A DNA stretch of 60,620 nt, counting the filler. It is 6 parts of 6 records of this genome, joined end to end, with 100 filler letters (N's around TTAATTAATTAA, not from the genome) between each part and the next. Parts side by side here need not be neighbours in the genome. Positions count along the whole stretch, not along the records: positions 36,793 to 46,835 come from SRR2962707_5577; positions 46,936 to 60,620 come from SRR2962707_5579; 4 more parts are not named here. The stretch is one strand, 5' to 3'. The position numbers were made by a program, and so were the translations under genes. Of this stretch, positions 43,176 through 53,573 are shown in pieces (positions within the stretch are counted from its first letter, which is position 1; every line of letters starts with the position of its first letter). The notes under the pieces are model-generated. The model made no database searches and had not been told where the DNA came from. It saw nothing but the letters and a program-made list of their open reading frames with translations.

Positions 43176-44603
43176 TCAGTCCTTTGGCGTGAAGCCGGTA
43201 CGGGTCATTTCGCCCCAGTCATTTTCTGAGCGGATGTATTGCCAATAGCCCTTGATGCGCCAGAAATTATTGAGCTGGCGATAGCCAAAATTCTCCAGAA
43301 CTGCTGCGGCTGTCAGCACCGCCAGGTCGCGCGCCCTAGGAAAACGTCGAATTTCGACTTCTTCCAGTACCAGCGACGCCACACTGACGAACACGCCGAA
43401 CACAAAGACAAGGGCGGTGTAGGCCAGCAGGAAATCGGTATCGAGCACGCCGAGCAGCCACAGGAGTGGCACCAGAAAATAGCCGATGACCTCAGCGATG
43501 GGACCGAGGACATCGACGATCAGCATTTGGCCGAAGCCCAGTATGCCGACGCGACCATAGCGCGGGTTCAGCGCCATGTGGCGATAGCGGAAGAATGCCT
43601 CAAGCGCCCCGCGCTGCCAACGCGCACGCTGGCGGCTCAGAACTGCCAGGCTTTCGGGCGCCTCGGTCCAGCAAACAGGTTCGGGGATAAAGACGATGCG
43701 ATAGCGGCGCTTGTTGTCGATCATGTAGCGATGCAGCTTGATGACGATATCGAGGTCTTCACCGGCCGACCCCTTGGTATAGCCACCCACGGCAACCGCC
43801 TCGCGACGGCGGAACATGCCAAAGGCACCCGACACCAGCATCAGGGTATTGATGTGGCTCCAGGCCAGCCGCGCCATGAGAAAGGCGCGCAGATACTCAA
43901 CCACCTGAAACAGCGGCAGGATCTTGTTGGGTAGCCTGATCTGGGTCACCCGCCCGTTGTCGACCACGGAGTTGTTGACGATACGGATCGTGCCGCCCAC
44001 GGCCACGGTCCGGATGGGATCTTCGATGTAGGGCTGGGCGGCGCGGATCAGCGCGTCAGCTTCGAGAACGGAGTCCCCGTCGATGATGCAGAACAGCGGC
44101 GCGCGCGAGACGTTGATGCCCGCATTTTGCGCATCGGCCTTGCCGCCATTGAACTTGTCGACAACGATCAGCCGGTCAGACGACGGCGCGCTGTAGATCC
44201 CGCGAATTTCCTCGTGCTCAAGCTTTGCTTCATAAGCGCGTTCAACCGGCTGGAGCCCAAAGGCATCGATCAGGCATTGCAGCGTGTCGTCCCTGGAGCC
44301 GTCATTGACGACGAGCACTTCGTAGTTCGGGTATTCCAGCGCCATCAGCGAGCGCACGCTTTCGACCACATTGGCCTGCTCGTTAAACGCCGGCACGATC
44401 AGCGCAATAGGCGGCGCGACCTCACTATAGCGGTGCCAGAGTACTGCGGAACGGGCCACGGGCGGACGGCTGGCCAGGGCAATGGCAGCGGCAATCAGCT
44501 GGAACACGTAGATGGCAGACTGCGCCAGCGCGACGAACACGATCACCCAGGCGGCGCCACGCCCGATGGTGATGGCCAATGCGATGAAATCGACTTCGTT
44601 CAT
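43176..44603 (-). CDS. Processive GT2 glycosyltransferase (polysaccharide synthase-like)
   Basis: NDGSRD, GGKADA, DGDS, GEDL, QRARW; N- and C-terminal TM helices. Confidence 0.92.
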   Translation of the reverse strand: MNEVDFIALAITIGRGAAWVIVFVALAQSAIYVFQLIAAAIALASRPPVARSAVLWHRYSEVAPPIALIVPAFNEQANVVESVRSLMALEYPNYEVLVVNDGSRDDTLQCLIDAFGLQPVERAYEAKLEHEEIRGIYSAPSSDRLIVVDKFNGGKADAQNAGINVSRAPLFCIIDGDSVLEADALIRAAQPYIEDPIRTVAVGGTIRIVNNSVVDNGRVTQIRLPNKILPLFQVVEYLRAFLMARLAWSHINTLMLVSGAFGMFRRREAVAVGGYTKGSAGEDLDIVIKLHRYMIDNKRRYRIVFIPEPVCWTEAPESLAVLSRQRARWQRGALEAFFRYRHMALNPRYGRVGILGFGQMLIVDVLGPIAEVIGYFLVPLLWLLGVLDTDFLLAYTALVFVFGVFVSVASLVLEEVEIRRFPRARDLAVLTAAAVLENFGYRQLNNFWRIKGYWQYIRSENDWGEMTRTGFTPKD

Positions 44604-45637
44604 GCGCGGTTCTCCTCAGCCAGCAGCACCGCGGCACTTCTCTGTGTTCTTGAAGACGGACCCTGCGACAGCGCGACAAGAGTTTGCTGCCCCTCATCAC
44701 CAAGAGCGCTGAGCGACTTGGCCGCGGTATAGCGGACGATCCATTCGTCATCATTGAGCAGTCGCGCCAAACCACCATTGGCAGCGCTCAGCCCAAGCCG
44801 TCCAGCAGCAGAAGCGGCTTCAAGGCGCACTTCCCAGGAGGGATTGTCCAACGCGGCGAGCAGGGTATCGGCGGAGCGTGGATGCCCGATCAGACCCAGG
44901 GCGCGAATGACGGCGGCCTGTACTTCGGTGTGGGGGTCGGCGAGCAAAGCTTCAATTTCAGCAATATAGCCGAACTGACCGGTGTGCCCCAGCGCATCGA
45001 CGGCCGCAGCACGGACAAAATCAGGGAGATCACGATTGGTCGCCAGCGCAATCAGCTCGTCACTGCGATCAGTGGGGACCGAGCGAAACAGTTCGATCAG
45101 GCGGCGCGAACGCTGGCCACGGACGCCGATCCTGTCAATGGTTTCGGCGAGCGGCGGCAGGGCATCAAGGCGTGCCAGGGCGATGCTGGCGGCAATACGG
45201 ACCTCGCGTTTGCGGTCGTTCAGGGCGGCCAGCAACGCCTTGCGGGTATCCTGATAGGGAAAGGATGTCAGCCGCTCGATGGCACTGAGCTTCTGGGCCT
45301 CCTGCCCGTTGAGCAATTGGCGCCGGATCTCGTCAGGATAACCGGCGGCGGCCAGTACGCGCACAATCTGCTCGCGATCATCGCCACGCAGCACTTCGAC
45401 AAACTGGAAGCAGACTTCAATCACCAGCGGCGCGGGAAACTGCGACAGCGCCTCGCTCAGCGCGTCTTCGTCGTGCGCGGCGGTGAATTCCATCAGGCTC
45501 TGGCGCAGCTGCTTCTGCAAGACAGCATCATTGGCCTTGCCCGCATCGATAAACCAGCGGCGCACCATCAGCGCGATCATCACCCCTATCGAGATGAGTG
45601 CCAGGATTGCCGTACCGATCCAGATCGACTGCAACAT
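44600..45637 (-). CDS. Membrane-anchored HEAT-repeat protein
   Basis: N-terminal TM; repeated D-x3-(E/F/I)V(R/Q)xAA-x2-L motifs; ATGA overlap with the GT2 gene. Confidence 0.88.
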   Translation of the reverse strand: MLQSIWIGTAILALISIGVMIALMVRRWFIDAGKANDAVLQKQLRQSLMEFTAAHDEDALSEALSQFPAPLVIEVCFQFVEVLRGDDREQIVRVLAAAGYPDEIRRQLLNGQEAQKLSAIERLTSFPYQDTRKALLAALNDRKREVRIAASIALARLDALPPLAETIDRIGVRGQRSRRLIELFRSVPTDRSDELIALATNRDLPDFVRAAAVDALGHTGQFGYIAEIEALLADPHTEVQAAVIRALGLIGHPRSADTLLAALDNPSWEVRLEAASAAGRLGLSAANGGLARLLNDDEWIVRYTAAKSLSALGDEGQQTLVALSQGPSSRTQRSAAVLLAEENRA

Positions 45638-45639
45638 GG

Positions 45640-46758
45640 CTAGAACCTCACGCTGGCGCCAAGCCCGATGCTGGTGCGCTGGTAGGCTGCCCGGAACTCG
45701 TTGGCGGCATTGGCCCGCAGGGTCACAGCATCGCTCAGTGCCACGGTGACACCGCCAAATACCGACTGCACGTCGAGCAACGTGGTTCCCGAAATTTCGG
45801 GCGCATTGGCGTAGCCGAGAAACAGCGTGCCGGTGTCGGTAACGGCCATATCGGCGCGCAGGACGAAGCCGTCGCTTTGAACGCCACTATCTTCAAGCGT
45901 ATGAACCCATTGCGGAGTCAGCGTCAGGCGGCCGTCAAACAGGCTGATGGCAGCACGCACCGCCAATGTAGTGGAGCGGTTCGCATCATAGATGGCGTGA
46001 CGGATATCGGCACCGATGGTCACCCCCACCGCCTCGCCTGTCAGCACTCGCCAATCGCCGCCAGCATCAACTGACAGATGGGGCAGGAAGCTGGCATTGG
46101 CGGCTAGTGCGAGACCACCATAGAGCCCGATGCCGGGCTGGACCTGCGTAGCAATGCGCAAGGTTGCCTGCTGATCGCTGACGCCATTGCGGCTGGCGTT
46201 GCGCAATTGCAGCGCCAGGCTGGTCTGCTCGCTGGCGCGATAGGACAGCCCGACCAGAGCATCGATCCAGTTGCCCCGGCCAGCGCTGAGTTCGCTGTAT
46301 TCGGTGCTGACATCGACCCGCCACGGACGATCATCGGCCACCGCCTGGTCGATGATCACCAGCAGGTCCGCCGCGTCCCGATAGTCAGGCTGGCGCTCCA
46401 CCACGCGCTGGGCCAGCGTCCGGGCGCCAGCCCGATCGCCCTGGCGAAAACGGGCCTGGGCCAGGCCGAAGCGGGCGTCTTCATAGCCATCGGCCAGCAT
46501 CAGTACACGTTCGAACACGGGTTCTGCCAAAGCGGGCTGGCCCGCACCGAGATAGGCAAAGCCCAGTTGTACCAGCGCGTCGGTGTTGTCTGGTTGCTGC
46601 GCCACAGCCCGCTCCAGCAGGCTGATCGCTGTATCAAAGCGTTGCTCGAGACGCGCCTGCGTCCCCTGCTCGTAGAGCGTGGCGGCGCTTTGCGCGGCCG
46701 CCGGGGCCGATGCGCAGAGCAGAACAATCGGGGCAGCCAGCAGAGCGACGCGGATCAT
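45640..46758 (-). CDS. TPR plus YaiO-like outer-membrane beta-barrel protein
   Basis: Signal peptide, TPR helices, alternating beta-strand C-half ending IGLGASVRF. Confidence 0.82.
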   Translation of the reverse strand: MIRVALLAAPIVLLCASAPAAAQSAATLYEQGTQARLEQRFDTAISLLERAVAQQPDNTDALVQLGFAYLGAGQPALAEPVFERVLMLADGYEDARFGLAQARFRQGDRAGARTLAQRVVERQPDYRDAADLLVIIDQAVADDRPWRVDVSTEYSELSAGRGNWIDALVGLSYRASEQTSLALQLRNASRNGVSDQQATLRIATQVQPGIGLYGGLALAANASFLPHLSVDAGGDWRVLTGEAVGVTIGADIRHAIYDANRSTTLAVRAAISLFDGRLTLTPQWVHTLEDSGVQSDGFVLRADMAVTDTGTLFLGYANAPEISGTTLLDVQSVFGGVTVALSDAVTLRANAANEFRAAYQRTSIGLGASVRF

Positions 46759-46771
46759 GGGTTGGGTCTCG

Positions 46772-46835
46772 TCAGGTCAGGTATTTCTGGATTCGAGCCA
46801 ATAGCTCATCGGGAATGAACGGCTTGACCAGATAG
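46772..46835 (-). CDS. Response-regulator receiver domain, C-terminal fragment
   Basis: YLVKPFIPDELLARIQKYLT*. Confidence 0.75.
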
Positions 46836-46935
46836 NNNNNNNNNNNNNNNNNNNNNNNNNNNNNNNNNNNNNNNNNNNNTTAATTAATTAANNNNNNNNN
46901 NNNNNNNNNNNNNNNNNNNNNNNNNNNNNNNNNNN
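46836..46935. other. Artificial contig linker
   Basis: N-run, TTAATTAATTAA, N-run. Confidence 0.99.
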
Positions 46936-47335
46936 TGTAGACCAGGAAGATCGACGACAGCGAAAGACCCATCAGTCCGGCAAACACCCAGAACGTGGTC
47001 TGCGCGGCGGAAACGCTCATCTTTTCAATGCGGGCGCTCAGGAAGAACACCATCCCGAGCGGCGCCAGCATGACCACCCACTTGAGCGGCGAACCATAGA
47101 GCGCAGTGCCGAGACTGGTCAGCATCTTGCCATTGCCCAGCGTTGCCACTGCAGCGGCCGGATCATTGGTGGTTGCAAGCATTGCGGTTGCGTAGGCAGC
47201 AAGGCCGGTGATGCCCAGTCCCAGTGCCATCAGGTTGTAAACGCGCAGCATGTAGGCGCGAAGGCCTGCATCAATGTCGGCGCCAGCGTGGGCGCCCGGT
47301 GCTACGCGGACATTCGAATTGCGAAAGTCAGCCAT
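46936..47335 (-). CDS. Bax inhibitor-1/YccA family membrane protein, 3'-truncated
   Basis: IDAGLRAYMLRVYNLMALGL, SPLKWVVMLAPL; GAGGA RBS. Confidence 0.9.
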
Positions 47336-47528
47336 GTTTTCCTCTTTATAAGCCCCGGTAAGGTTTACGGTGTCGGGCTCAAAACCCAGGCGCCGCTGCG
47401 GGGCTCCAGCATGCCTGCGTACAATATGAGGATGAACTGAGGCCACGACAAGACCCTCCATCGTAGAAGATGGACGGAAACCTCTGCATTTGCTTAATAA
47501 ATGCGTCGAACCGGGCCGCTTCAGACGT

Positions 47529-50102
47529 CTACAGCTCGCGCAGGACCGGTGCGGCCTTCTGCCCCAGCACGCGCCATGTTCCGGCCAGGCCGATGCCAAC
47601 GGTCAGAACCAGCGCACCCGAAAGGGTCATGAGCGCGATATCGGGCATGAATTCCGACGGCAGCGTCATGATGCGGGTGACCACGAACCAGGACGCCACG
47701 CCGCCAAAGGCCAGCGCGAACACCGCCGTGGCCAGGCCCAGCAAGCCATACTCATAGACATAGGCGCGGATAAGCGTCGCCCGTGTGGCGCCAAGGGTTT
47801 TCAGCACGACCGCATCGTGAGTGCGTGAGCGGTTGCCGGCCGCCAGCGCACCGGCCAGCACCAGCACCGAGGCCACCAGCGCGACAAGGGCTGCAGCACG
47901 AATGGCGATGCCGATCTGGCCGACCAGACGGTTGGCAAGCTCCAGCGCATCCTTGACGCGCACGCTGGTGATCGTCGGATAGGCCTGAGTGACGGCACGC
48001 AGCACCTCGCCCTCGACCGCCGCATCGGCATTCGAATCGGACAAGGTGGCCATCCACGAGTGCGGCGCACCGGCAAATGTGTTGGGCGAAAACACCATGA
48101 CGAAATTGATCGATAGCGATTCCCATTCCACTTCACGCAGATTGGCAATCCGTGCGGTGATTGACCGGCCGAGTACGGAGACCGTGATCGTGTCACCGAG
48201 GTTCAAACCGATTTCACGCGCTTCCTGGGCGGAAAACGACACCAGCGGCTCGCCTTCATAATCAGCCGGCCACCATTCACCTTCCGCAAGCCGCGAATTT
48301 TCAGGTTGGTTTTTGGCGTATGTGACGCCGCGATCACCCCTGAGCACCCATTGCGCCTCTGACGGCACATTCTCCGCGTTGACCTCTTCACCCTTGAGTT
48401 GGGTGATGCGCCCGCGCAGCATTGGCACCTTGATGACTTTGCCTTCCGGCGCAAGTCCCAGGACCACCTTCTCGAAACCCTCGATTTCGTCCGACTGAAT
48501 GTCGACAAAGAAGAAATTCGGCGCCCGCTCCGGCAGATTGCCCGAAAGTTCACGCCGCAGGTTGGTATCGATCAGCGCCAGCGTCACCAGCAATGCCAGT
48601 CCAAGACCCAGCGACAGCACCACCGACGGCGTCAGCGCACCCGGCCGGTGAATGTTGCCGATCGCCAGCCGCAGAGGCGTCGAGCGCACCGCAGGCCAGC
48701 GCTTTGCAATCAGCTGCACCGCATGGCCGACCAGCCTGAGCACGGCAAAGGCCACGATCACCGCAGCGACGAAGACCATGGCAATGCGGCGATCATCGGC
48801 AAACCAGATGGCTGCCGCACACAAGGCGGCCAATGTTACCCCGGCAGTCAGCAGATAGGGCCAGCGCGGCAGTGAACTGGCCTCAAAGCCTTGCTGCCGG
48901 AACAGCGCGGTCGCAGGCACTTCACCGGCCCGGCCAAGCGGCAACACGGCAAACGCAAACGCCGTCATCAGTCCGAACCCGGCGGCAATTGCCAATGAGG
49001 CCGGGTAGAACGAGGCGCTGACGGCTATGGGAATGATGCCGGTGAGCGCGCCTGCCGCAAGAAACGGCGTTGCTGCCCCGATAGCCAGCCCCAGCACGAC
49101 CCCGAAGGCCGCAATCAGCATCACCTGGATCAGGTAGATCGCCACCACCAGCTTGGACGGAGCGCCGACGCATTTGAGCGTGGCGATGACGCCTCGCTTG
49201 CCTTCCAGCCAGGCGCGCACCGAGTTGGCGATGCCGACGCCGCCAACGATCAGCGCTGTCAGTCCGACAAGCGTGAGAAACTGCGAAAACCGTTCGATAT
49301 TGCGGGTCAGCGAAGGCGCTGCATTCTGGCTTGTGCGGATCGACCAGCCGGCATCGGGAAAGCGAGCCGTGGCTTGCTCGCGCAAGGCTGCCAGATCTTT
49401 GGCGCTGGCTCCGCCATCAAGCCGAACCCGGTAGCTGTATTCTACCAGACTGCCCGGCCGGATCAGCCCCGCCGCATCAAGGGCTGAACGTGACATCATC
49501 AGCCTTGGCGCGAAACCAAACCCTTCCGACAGCGAATCGGGTTCTGCGGCAATAACGCCGCGAATTTCCAGATTTGCCTCGCCAACCAGAACCGTGTCGC
49601 CGACGCTCAATCCCAGCCGGTCCAGAAAGATCTGGGCCACGGCGGCACCATAGACGCCATCGGTTTCGGCAAACAGCGCGTCGATCGGCATCGCCGGAAC
49701 CGTCTCGAAGCCACCATAAAGCGGATAGACATCGTCCACCGCCCGCAACTCGACAAGCGACTGATCCGAGCCGTCCGGCTTGCGCGCCATGGTGCGCATG
49801 TTGACGCCTGACGACACCGTGCCAAGCCCCTCGACATAGGTCCGTTCAGCCTCGCCGATATCCAGATTGTCGCTCTCGAAGCGGATATCGCCGCCCAGGA
49901 TTGTCTGGCCTTCAGAGGCAATCGAGCCCGTCATCATCTGCGAGACCGAGTTCACCCCGGCAATCGCGCCGGTGCCAAGCGCCACACAGGCGAGAAAGAT
50001 GTAGAACCCGGACAGTCCGCCGCGCAACTCGCGAAACGCCAACCGCGCCGCCAACCCAAGCCGCAGGCCGTTCGCCCCGGCATTCGTCGCCGCCGACGCC
50101 AT
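47529..50102 (-). CDS. FtsX-like ABC permease (YbbP-like)
   Basis: Two FtsX repeats; YPLYG, APNFFFVDIQ, LKTLGA. Confidence 0.92.
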   Translation of the reverse strand: MASAATNAGANGLRLGLAARLAFRELRGGLSGFYIFLACVALGTGAIAGVNSVSQMMTGSIASEGQTILGGDIRFESDNLDIGEAERTYVEGLGTVSSGVNMRTMARKPDGSDQSLVELRAVDDVYPLYGGFETVPAMPIDALFAETDGVYGAAVAQIFLDRLGLSVGDTVLVGEANLEIRGVIAAEPDSLSEGFGFAPRLMMSRSALDAAGLIRPGSLVEYSYRVRLDGGASAKDLAALREQATARFPDAGWSIRTSQNAAPSLTRNIERFSQFLTLVGLTALIVGGVGIANSVRAWLEGKRGVIATLKCVGAPSKLVVAIYLIQVMLIAAFGVVLGLAIGAATPFLAAGALTGIIPIAVSASFYPASLAIAAGFGLMTAFAFAVLPLGRAGEVPATALFRQQGFEASSLPRWPYLLTAGVTLAALCAAAIWFADDRRIAMVFVAAVIVAFAVLRLVGHAVQLIAKRWPAVRSTPLRLAIGNIHRPGALTPSVVLSLGLGLALLVTLALIDTNLRRELSGNLPERAPNFFFVDIQSDEIEGFEKVVLGLAPEGKVIKVPMLRGRITQLKGEEVNAENVPSEAQWVLRGDRGVTYAKNQPENSRLAEGEWWPADYEGEPLVSFSAQEAREIGLNLGDTITVSVLGRSITARIANLREVEWESLSINFVMVFSPNTFAGAPHSWMATLSDSNADAAVEGEVLRAVTQAYPTITSVRVKDALELANRLVGQIGIAIRAAALVALVASVLVLAGALAAGNRSRTHDAVVLKTLGATRATLIRAYVYEYGLLGLATAVFALAFGGVASWFVVTRIMTLPSEFMPDIALMTLSGALVLTVGIGLAGTWRVLGQKAAPVLREL

Positions 50103-50818
50103 CAGGCGATTGCCTTGGCGGCAACGTGATCTTCGCCGGTCACAATCCGGCCCGATCGCACAGAGATCTGCCGCTGGCAGCGTTCCGCCAGCACCGGGTC
50201 GTGGGTGACCAGCAGCAACGTGGTGCCGCGCTCAGCCTGCTTGGCAAACAGCAGATCCGCAATCTGCCGCCCGGTCTCACCGTCGAGATTACCCGTCGGC
50301 TCGTCCGCCACGATCAGCACCGGATCCGGCGCCAGCGCCCGGGCAATGGCCACGCGCTGTTGCTCGCCGCCCGACAATTGACCCGGATAATGGGTCAGAC
50401 GCTCGCCAAGCCCGACCGCGATCAGTTCCTCGCGCGCCCGCTCGAAGGCATTTGCCTTGCCGGCCAGCTCAAGCGGCACAGCGACATTTTCGAGCGCCGT
50501 CATGTTGGGAATGAGGTGAAAGGACTGGAACACGATGCCGATGGAACGGCCACGCACCGCAGCCACAGCGTCTTCGCTCAGTGCATGCAGGGCCTGTTGG
50601 GCCACATGAACTTCGCCCGAATCAAGCCGCTCAAGCCCGGCAATCACCATCAGAAGCGTTGATTTGCCCGATCCCGACGGTCCGACAATGCCGACCGATT
50701 CGCCCTGATTGATGTCAATATCGATGCCTTTGAGCACATGGACCGAGGATGCCCCGTTCCCCAAAGTCAGATTGGCCTGCCGCAATGTGACAATGGATTT
50801 GGCAATGGATTGAGACAC
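50102..50818 (-). CDS. ABC ATP-binding protein (YbbA-like)
   Basis: GPSGSGKST, LSGGEQQR, DEPTGNLD, VTHD. Confidence 0.95.
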   Translation of the reverse strand: MSQSIAKSIVTLRQANLTLGNGASSVHVLKGIDIDINQGESVGIVGPSGSGKSTLLMVIAGLERLDSGEVHVAQQALHALSEDAVAAVRGRSIGIVFQSFHLIPNMTALENVAVPLELAGKANAFERAREELIAVGLGERLTHYPGQLSGGEQQRVAIARALAPDPVLIVADEPTGNLDGETGRQIADLLFAKQAERGTTLLLVTHDPVLAERCQRQISVRSGRIVTGEDHVAAKAIA

Positions 50819-50914
50819 GGGCTGAACATCCTATATGGAAAAGAAGTTGTCGGGCGTGAACCGGCTTATCTCGAGCACTTAGGATCCACCCTATGCGTTT
50901 TAAAGGTTTACCCC

Positions 50915-51556
50915 ATGCGTTTTAAGGCCCTGATCACCGCATTGTGTCTCGTTCTGGGTTTCGCAGCCACACCCATGCAGGCCGGCGCCGCCGAGGAAAT
51001 CAAGCTGGTCGGCTTTGGCGACAGCCTGATGGCCGCCTATAATCTTCAGGCAAGCGAGGGATTTCCGGCCCGGCTTGAAGCGGCGTTGCGCGAGCGCGGG
51101 CATAGCGTCACCATCACCGATGCCGGGGTATCCGGCGACACCACATCCGGCGGTTTGGCACGGCTCGACTGGTCGATTCCTGAGGGGACAGACGGTGTGA
51201 TTCTCGAACTTGGCGCCAACGATGCCTTGCGCGGCCTGCCGCCCGAGAAAACCCGCGAGAACCTGGAAGCGATGATCGAACGGCTCAAGGAGCGCGGCAT
51301 TGCAGTGCTGCTGGCAGGCATGCTGGCACCGCCAAACATGGGTGGCGACTATGAAACCAATTTCAATGCAATCTATCCCGACCTCGCCGCCAAGTATGAA
51401 GTGACGCTGTATCCGTTTTTTCTCGACGGGGTGACCGGCAATCCAGACCTGGTGCTGAGCGACGGAATGCACCCCAACCCCAATGGAATCAACAAGATGG
51501 TGGAGAACATCCTGCCGGTCACAGAGCAGTTCCTGTCAGAAATCGGGGCCGAATAA
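50915..51556 (+). CDS. tesA: Arylesterase / acyl-CoA thioesterase I (SGNH)
   Basis: GDSL, GVSGDTT, LGAND, DGMHPN; divergent from ybbAP. Confidence 0.88.
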   Translation: MRFKALITALCLVLGFAATPMQAGAAEEIKLVGFGDSLMAAYNLQASEGFPARLEAALRERGHSVTITDAGVSGDTTSGGLARLDWSIPEGTDGVILELGANDALRGLPPEKTRENLEAMIERLKERGIAVLLAGMLAPPNMGGDYETNFNAIYPDLAAKYEVTLYPFFLDGVTGNPDLVLSDGMHPNPNGINKMVENILPVTEQFLSEIGAE

Positions 51557-51650
51557 AGCCCACGTCTGTCCGAAACCCGAAATCTCGGTGCTTGCCCTCG
51601 TGCCCGTGAAGTGGTTCGCTTGGATCACACGGTGATTCGGGGGACCAGCA

Positions 51651-52241
51651 ATGCCCAGACTTTTTACCGCACTCGAAATTCCCCGGGAGGCGGCCTTGTC
51701 CCTCTCCCTCCTGCGCGGCGGATTGCCCGGCGCGCGCTGGATGCGGGGTGAGAACTACCACATCACCCTGCGCTTTATCGGCGACATCGATTGCCACACC
51801 GCTGACGAGCTGATCGCAGCCTTTGACCGGATCGACCGGCCTTCCTTTTCCCTCACCCTCTCCGGCATGGGATCCTTCGGATCGAAAAAACCGCATTCCC
51901 TGTGGGCCGGCGTCTCGCCCTCACCCGAACTGATGGCGCTGCAGGCCGAGATCGAGCGGATCTGCCAGCGACACGGACTGCCCCCTGATCCGCGCCGCTT
52001 CTCGCCCCATGTAACGCTTGCGCGGCTGCGCAATGCGCGGGTCGGTGATGTGGTCAAGTATCTCGGCGGACGCGGCGATTTCTCCACCCTGCCGTTTGAT
52101 GTCGGACGTTTTGTTGTGATGTCGTCGCGTGATTCTGTCGGCGGCGGACCTTATCTTGTCGAAGAGGCCTATGCGCTGGGCTGGCGCAATTCCTTCTCGA
52201 GCCTGGAGACCAGCTCGCTGCAGCCCTCGCGCAACAGCTGA
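51651..52241 (+). CDS. thpR: RNA 2',3'-cyclic phosphodiesterase (2H family)
   Basis: HITLRF and HVTLAR HxT motifs. Confidence 0.92.
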   Translation: MPRLFTALEIPREAALSLSLLRGGLPGARWMRGENYHITLRFIGDIDCHTADELIAAFDRIDRPSFSLTLSGMGSFGSKKPHSLWAGVSPSPELMALQAEIERICQRHGLPPDPRRFSPHVTLARLRNARVGDVVKYLGGRGDFSTLPFDVGRFVVMSSRDSVGGGPYLVEEAYALGWRNSFSSLETSSLQPSRNS

Positions 52242-52693
52242 TAGACATCCTCGAACCCGTCCCCGCCGCCGTAATAGGGATCAGGGACATCGGCACGGCT
52301 GCCAAGCGTATCGTCAAGAAACAGAAGGATCTTGTCGTGCCGCGAGGACGGCGCCCGTGCCCGCATCGTCGCCTCATTGGAGCGGTCCATCGCGAAGATC
52401 AGGTCGAAGCGGTCGAAATCGTCCTCCGTCACCTGCCGTGCCCGCTGGCCGGAAATGTCGATCCCATGCCGCAAGGCCGTCTCCACCGAACGGGGATCCG
52501 GGCCGTGGCCCTGATGCCAATTGCCGGTTCCCGCCGAATCAACCGTGACCAGATCCGACAAACCCGCGTCTGCGAGACCCTGACGGAAAATGCCCTCTGC
52601 CAGAGGCGACCGGCAGATATTGCCCATACAGACAAAAAGCACTGAAATTTGCGCCTTTTCTCCGTCGCCTGATACGCTAGGTGTCATTGTCAT
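52169..52693 (-). CDS. Low-molecular-weight protein-tyrosine phosphatase
   Basis: VCMGNICRS, DPYY. Confidence 0.92.
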   Translation of the reverse strand: MTMTPSVSGDGEKAQISVLFVCMGNICRSPLAEGIFRQGLADAGLSDLVTVDSAGTGNWHQGHGPDPRSVETALRHGIDISGQRARQVTEDDFDRFDLIFAMDRSNEATMRARAPSSRHDKILLFLDDTLGSRADVPDPYYGGGDGFEDVYQLLREGCSELVSRLEKELRQPSA

Positions 52694-52732
52694 ACTGCCG
52701 TTTTCATCAAGAACTTGAACCTGGAGGACGTC

Positions 52733-53050
52733 ATGCCACGCCAGAAACTCGATAGCACAGCCATTTCGGAAAAGCTTGTCGCTGTGTCCCTTTGGGACAT
52801 CGACGCCGGTGAGATTGCTCTCAGCCGGACTTTCAAATTTGCCGATTTCAGTGAAGCGTTCGGCTTCATGGCCCGTGCAGCCCTGGTTGCGGAAAAACTC
52901 GATCATCATCCGGAATGGAAAAACACCTACCGCACAGTCGAGGTCCGGTTGACCACTCACGATGCCGGAGGATTGACCGGACTGGACTTCGATCTGGCGG
53001 TCGCCATGGACAGGATCGCAGCCGGAACCGGCGCCAAAACTGACGGCTGA
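52733..53050 (+). CDS. Pterin-4a-carbinolamine dehydratase
   Basis: DHHPEW...LTTHDAGGLT; GGAGG RBS. Confidence 0.92.
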   Translation: MPRQKLDSTAISEKLVAVSLWDIDAGEIALSRTFKFADFSEAFGFMARAALVAEKLDHHPEWKNTYRTVEVRLTTHDAGGLTGLDFDLAVAMDRIAAGTGAKTDG

Positions 53051-53125
53051 CATTGAAGCTGATCAGGACAACAACCATATCATGCAGGTAACTTTAGCGA
53101 AAACACGGGCACGGGAGGCCTGCAA

Positions 53126-53515
53126 ATGACCGGCCTTGATGGCGAAATTCTTGAACCGGACCACCTGTCCGGCGAAAAGACCAAGGGTGCGGATGAAAAC
53201 TCTGTCCGCGCCGGGTTCTGGCGCACCTTTGCCAAGGCCGCCAAACAGATCCCCTTCACCGAAGATGTCGTCGCCGCCTATTATTGCGCGCTCGATCCAA
53301 ACACCCCCGGCAAGGCCAAGGCCGTGCTTCTGGGTGCGCTGGCCTATTTCATCATACCGATGGATGCTGTGCCGGACTTTCTGGCGCTCGTCGGTTTTTC
53401 CGATGACATTGCGGTTCTGACCCTGGCGATTGCCACGGTTCGGAGCAATCTCACCGAGGCGCACCGCATCGCCGCGCGCAAATCGATCGCTAATCTGGCC
53501 GCGGACAAGGCCTGA
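53126..53515 (+). CDS. YkvA/DUF1232 family protein
   Basis: ALAYFIIPMDAVPDFLALVGFSDD. Confidence 0.88.
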   Translation: MTGLDGEILEPDHLSGEKTKGADENSVRAGFWRTFAKAAKQIPFTEDVVAAYYCALDPNTPGKAKAVLLGALAYFIIPMDAVPDFLALVGFSDDIAVLTLAIATVRSNLTEAHRIAARKSIANLAADKA

Positions 53516-53573
53516 AGTCTTCATGCAGGTGTTCAGCCCAGGCGGCGCCGAGCTTGTCTGGTCAGTGCGTGCG

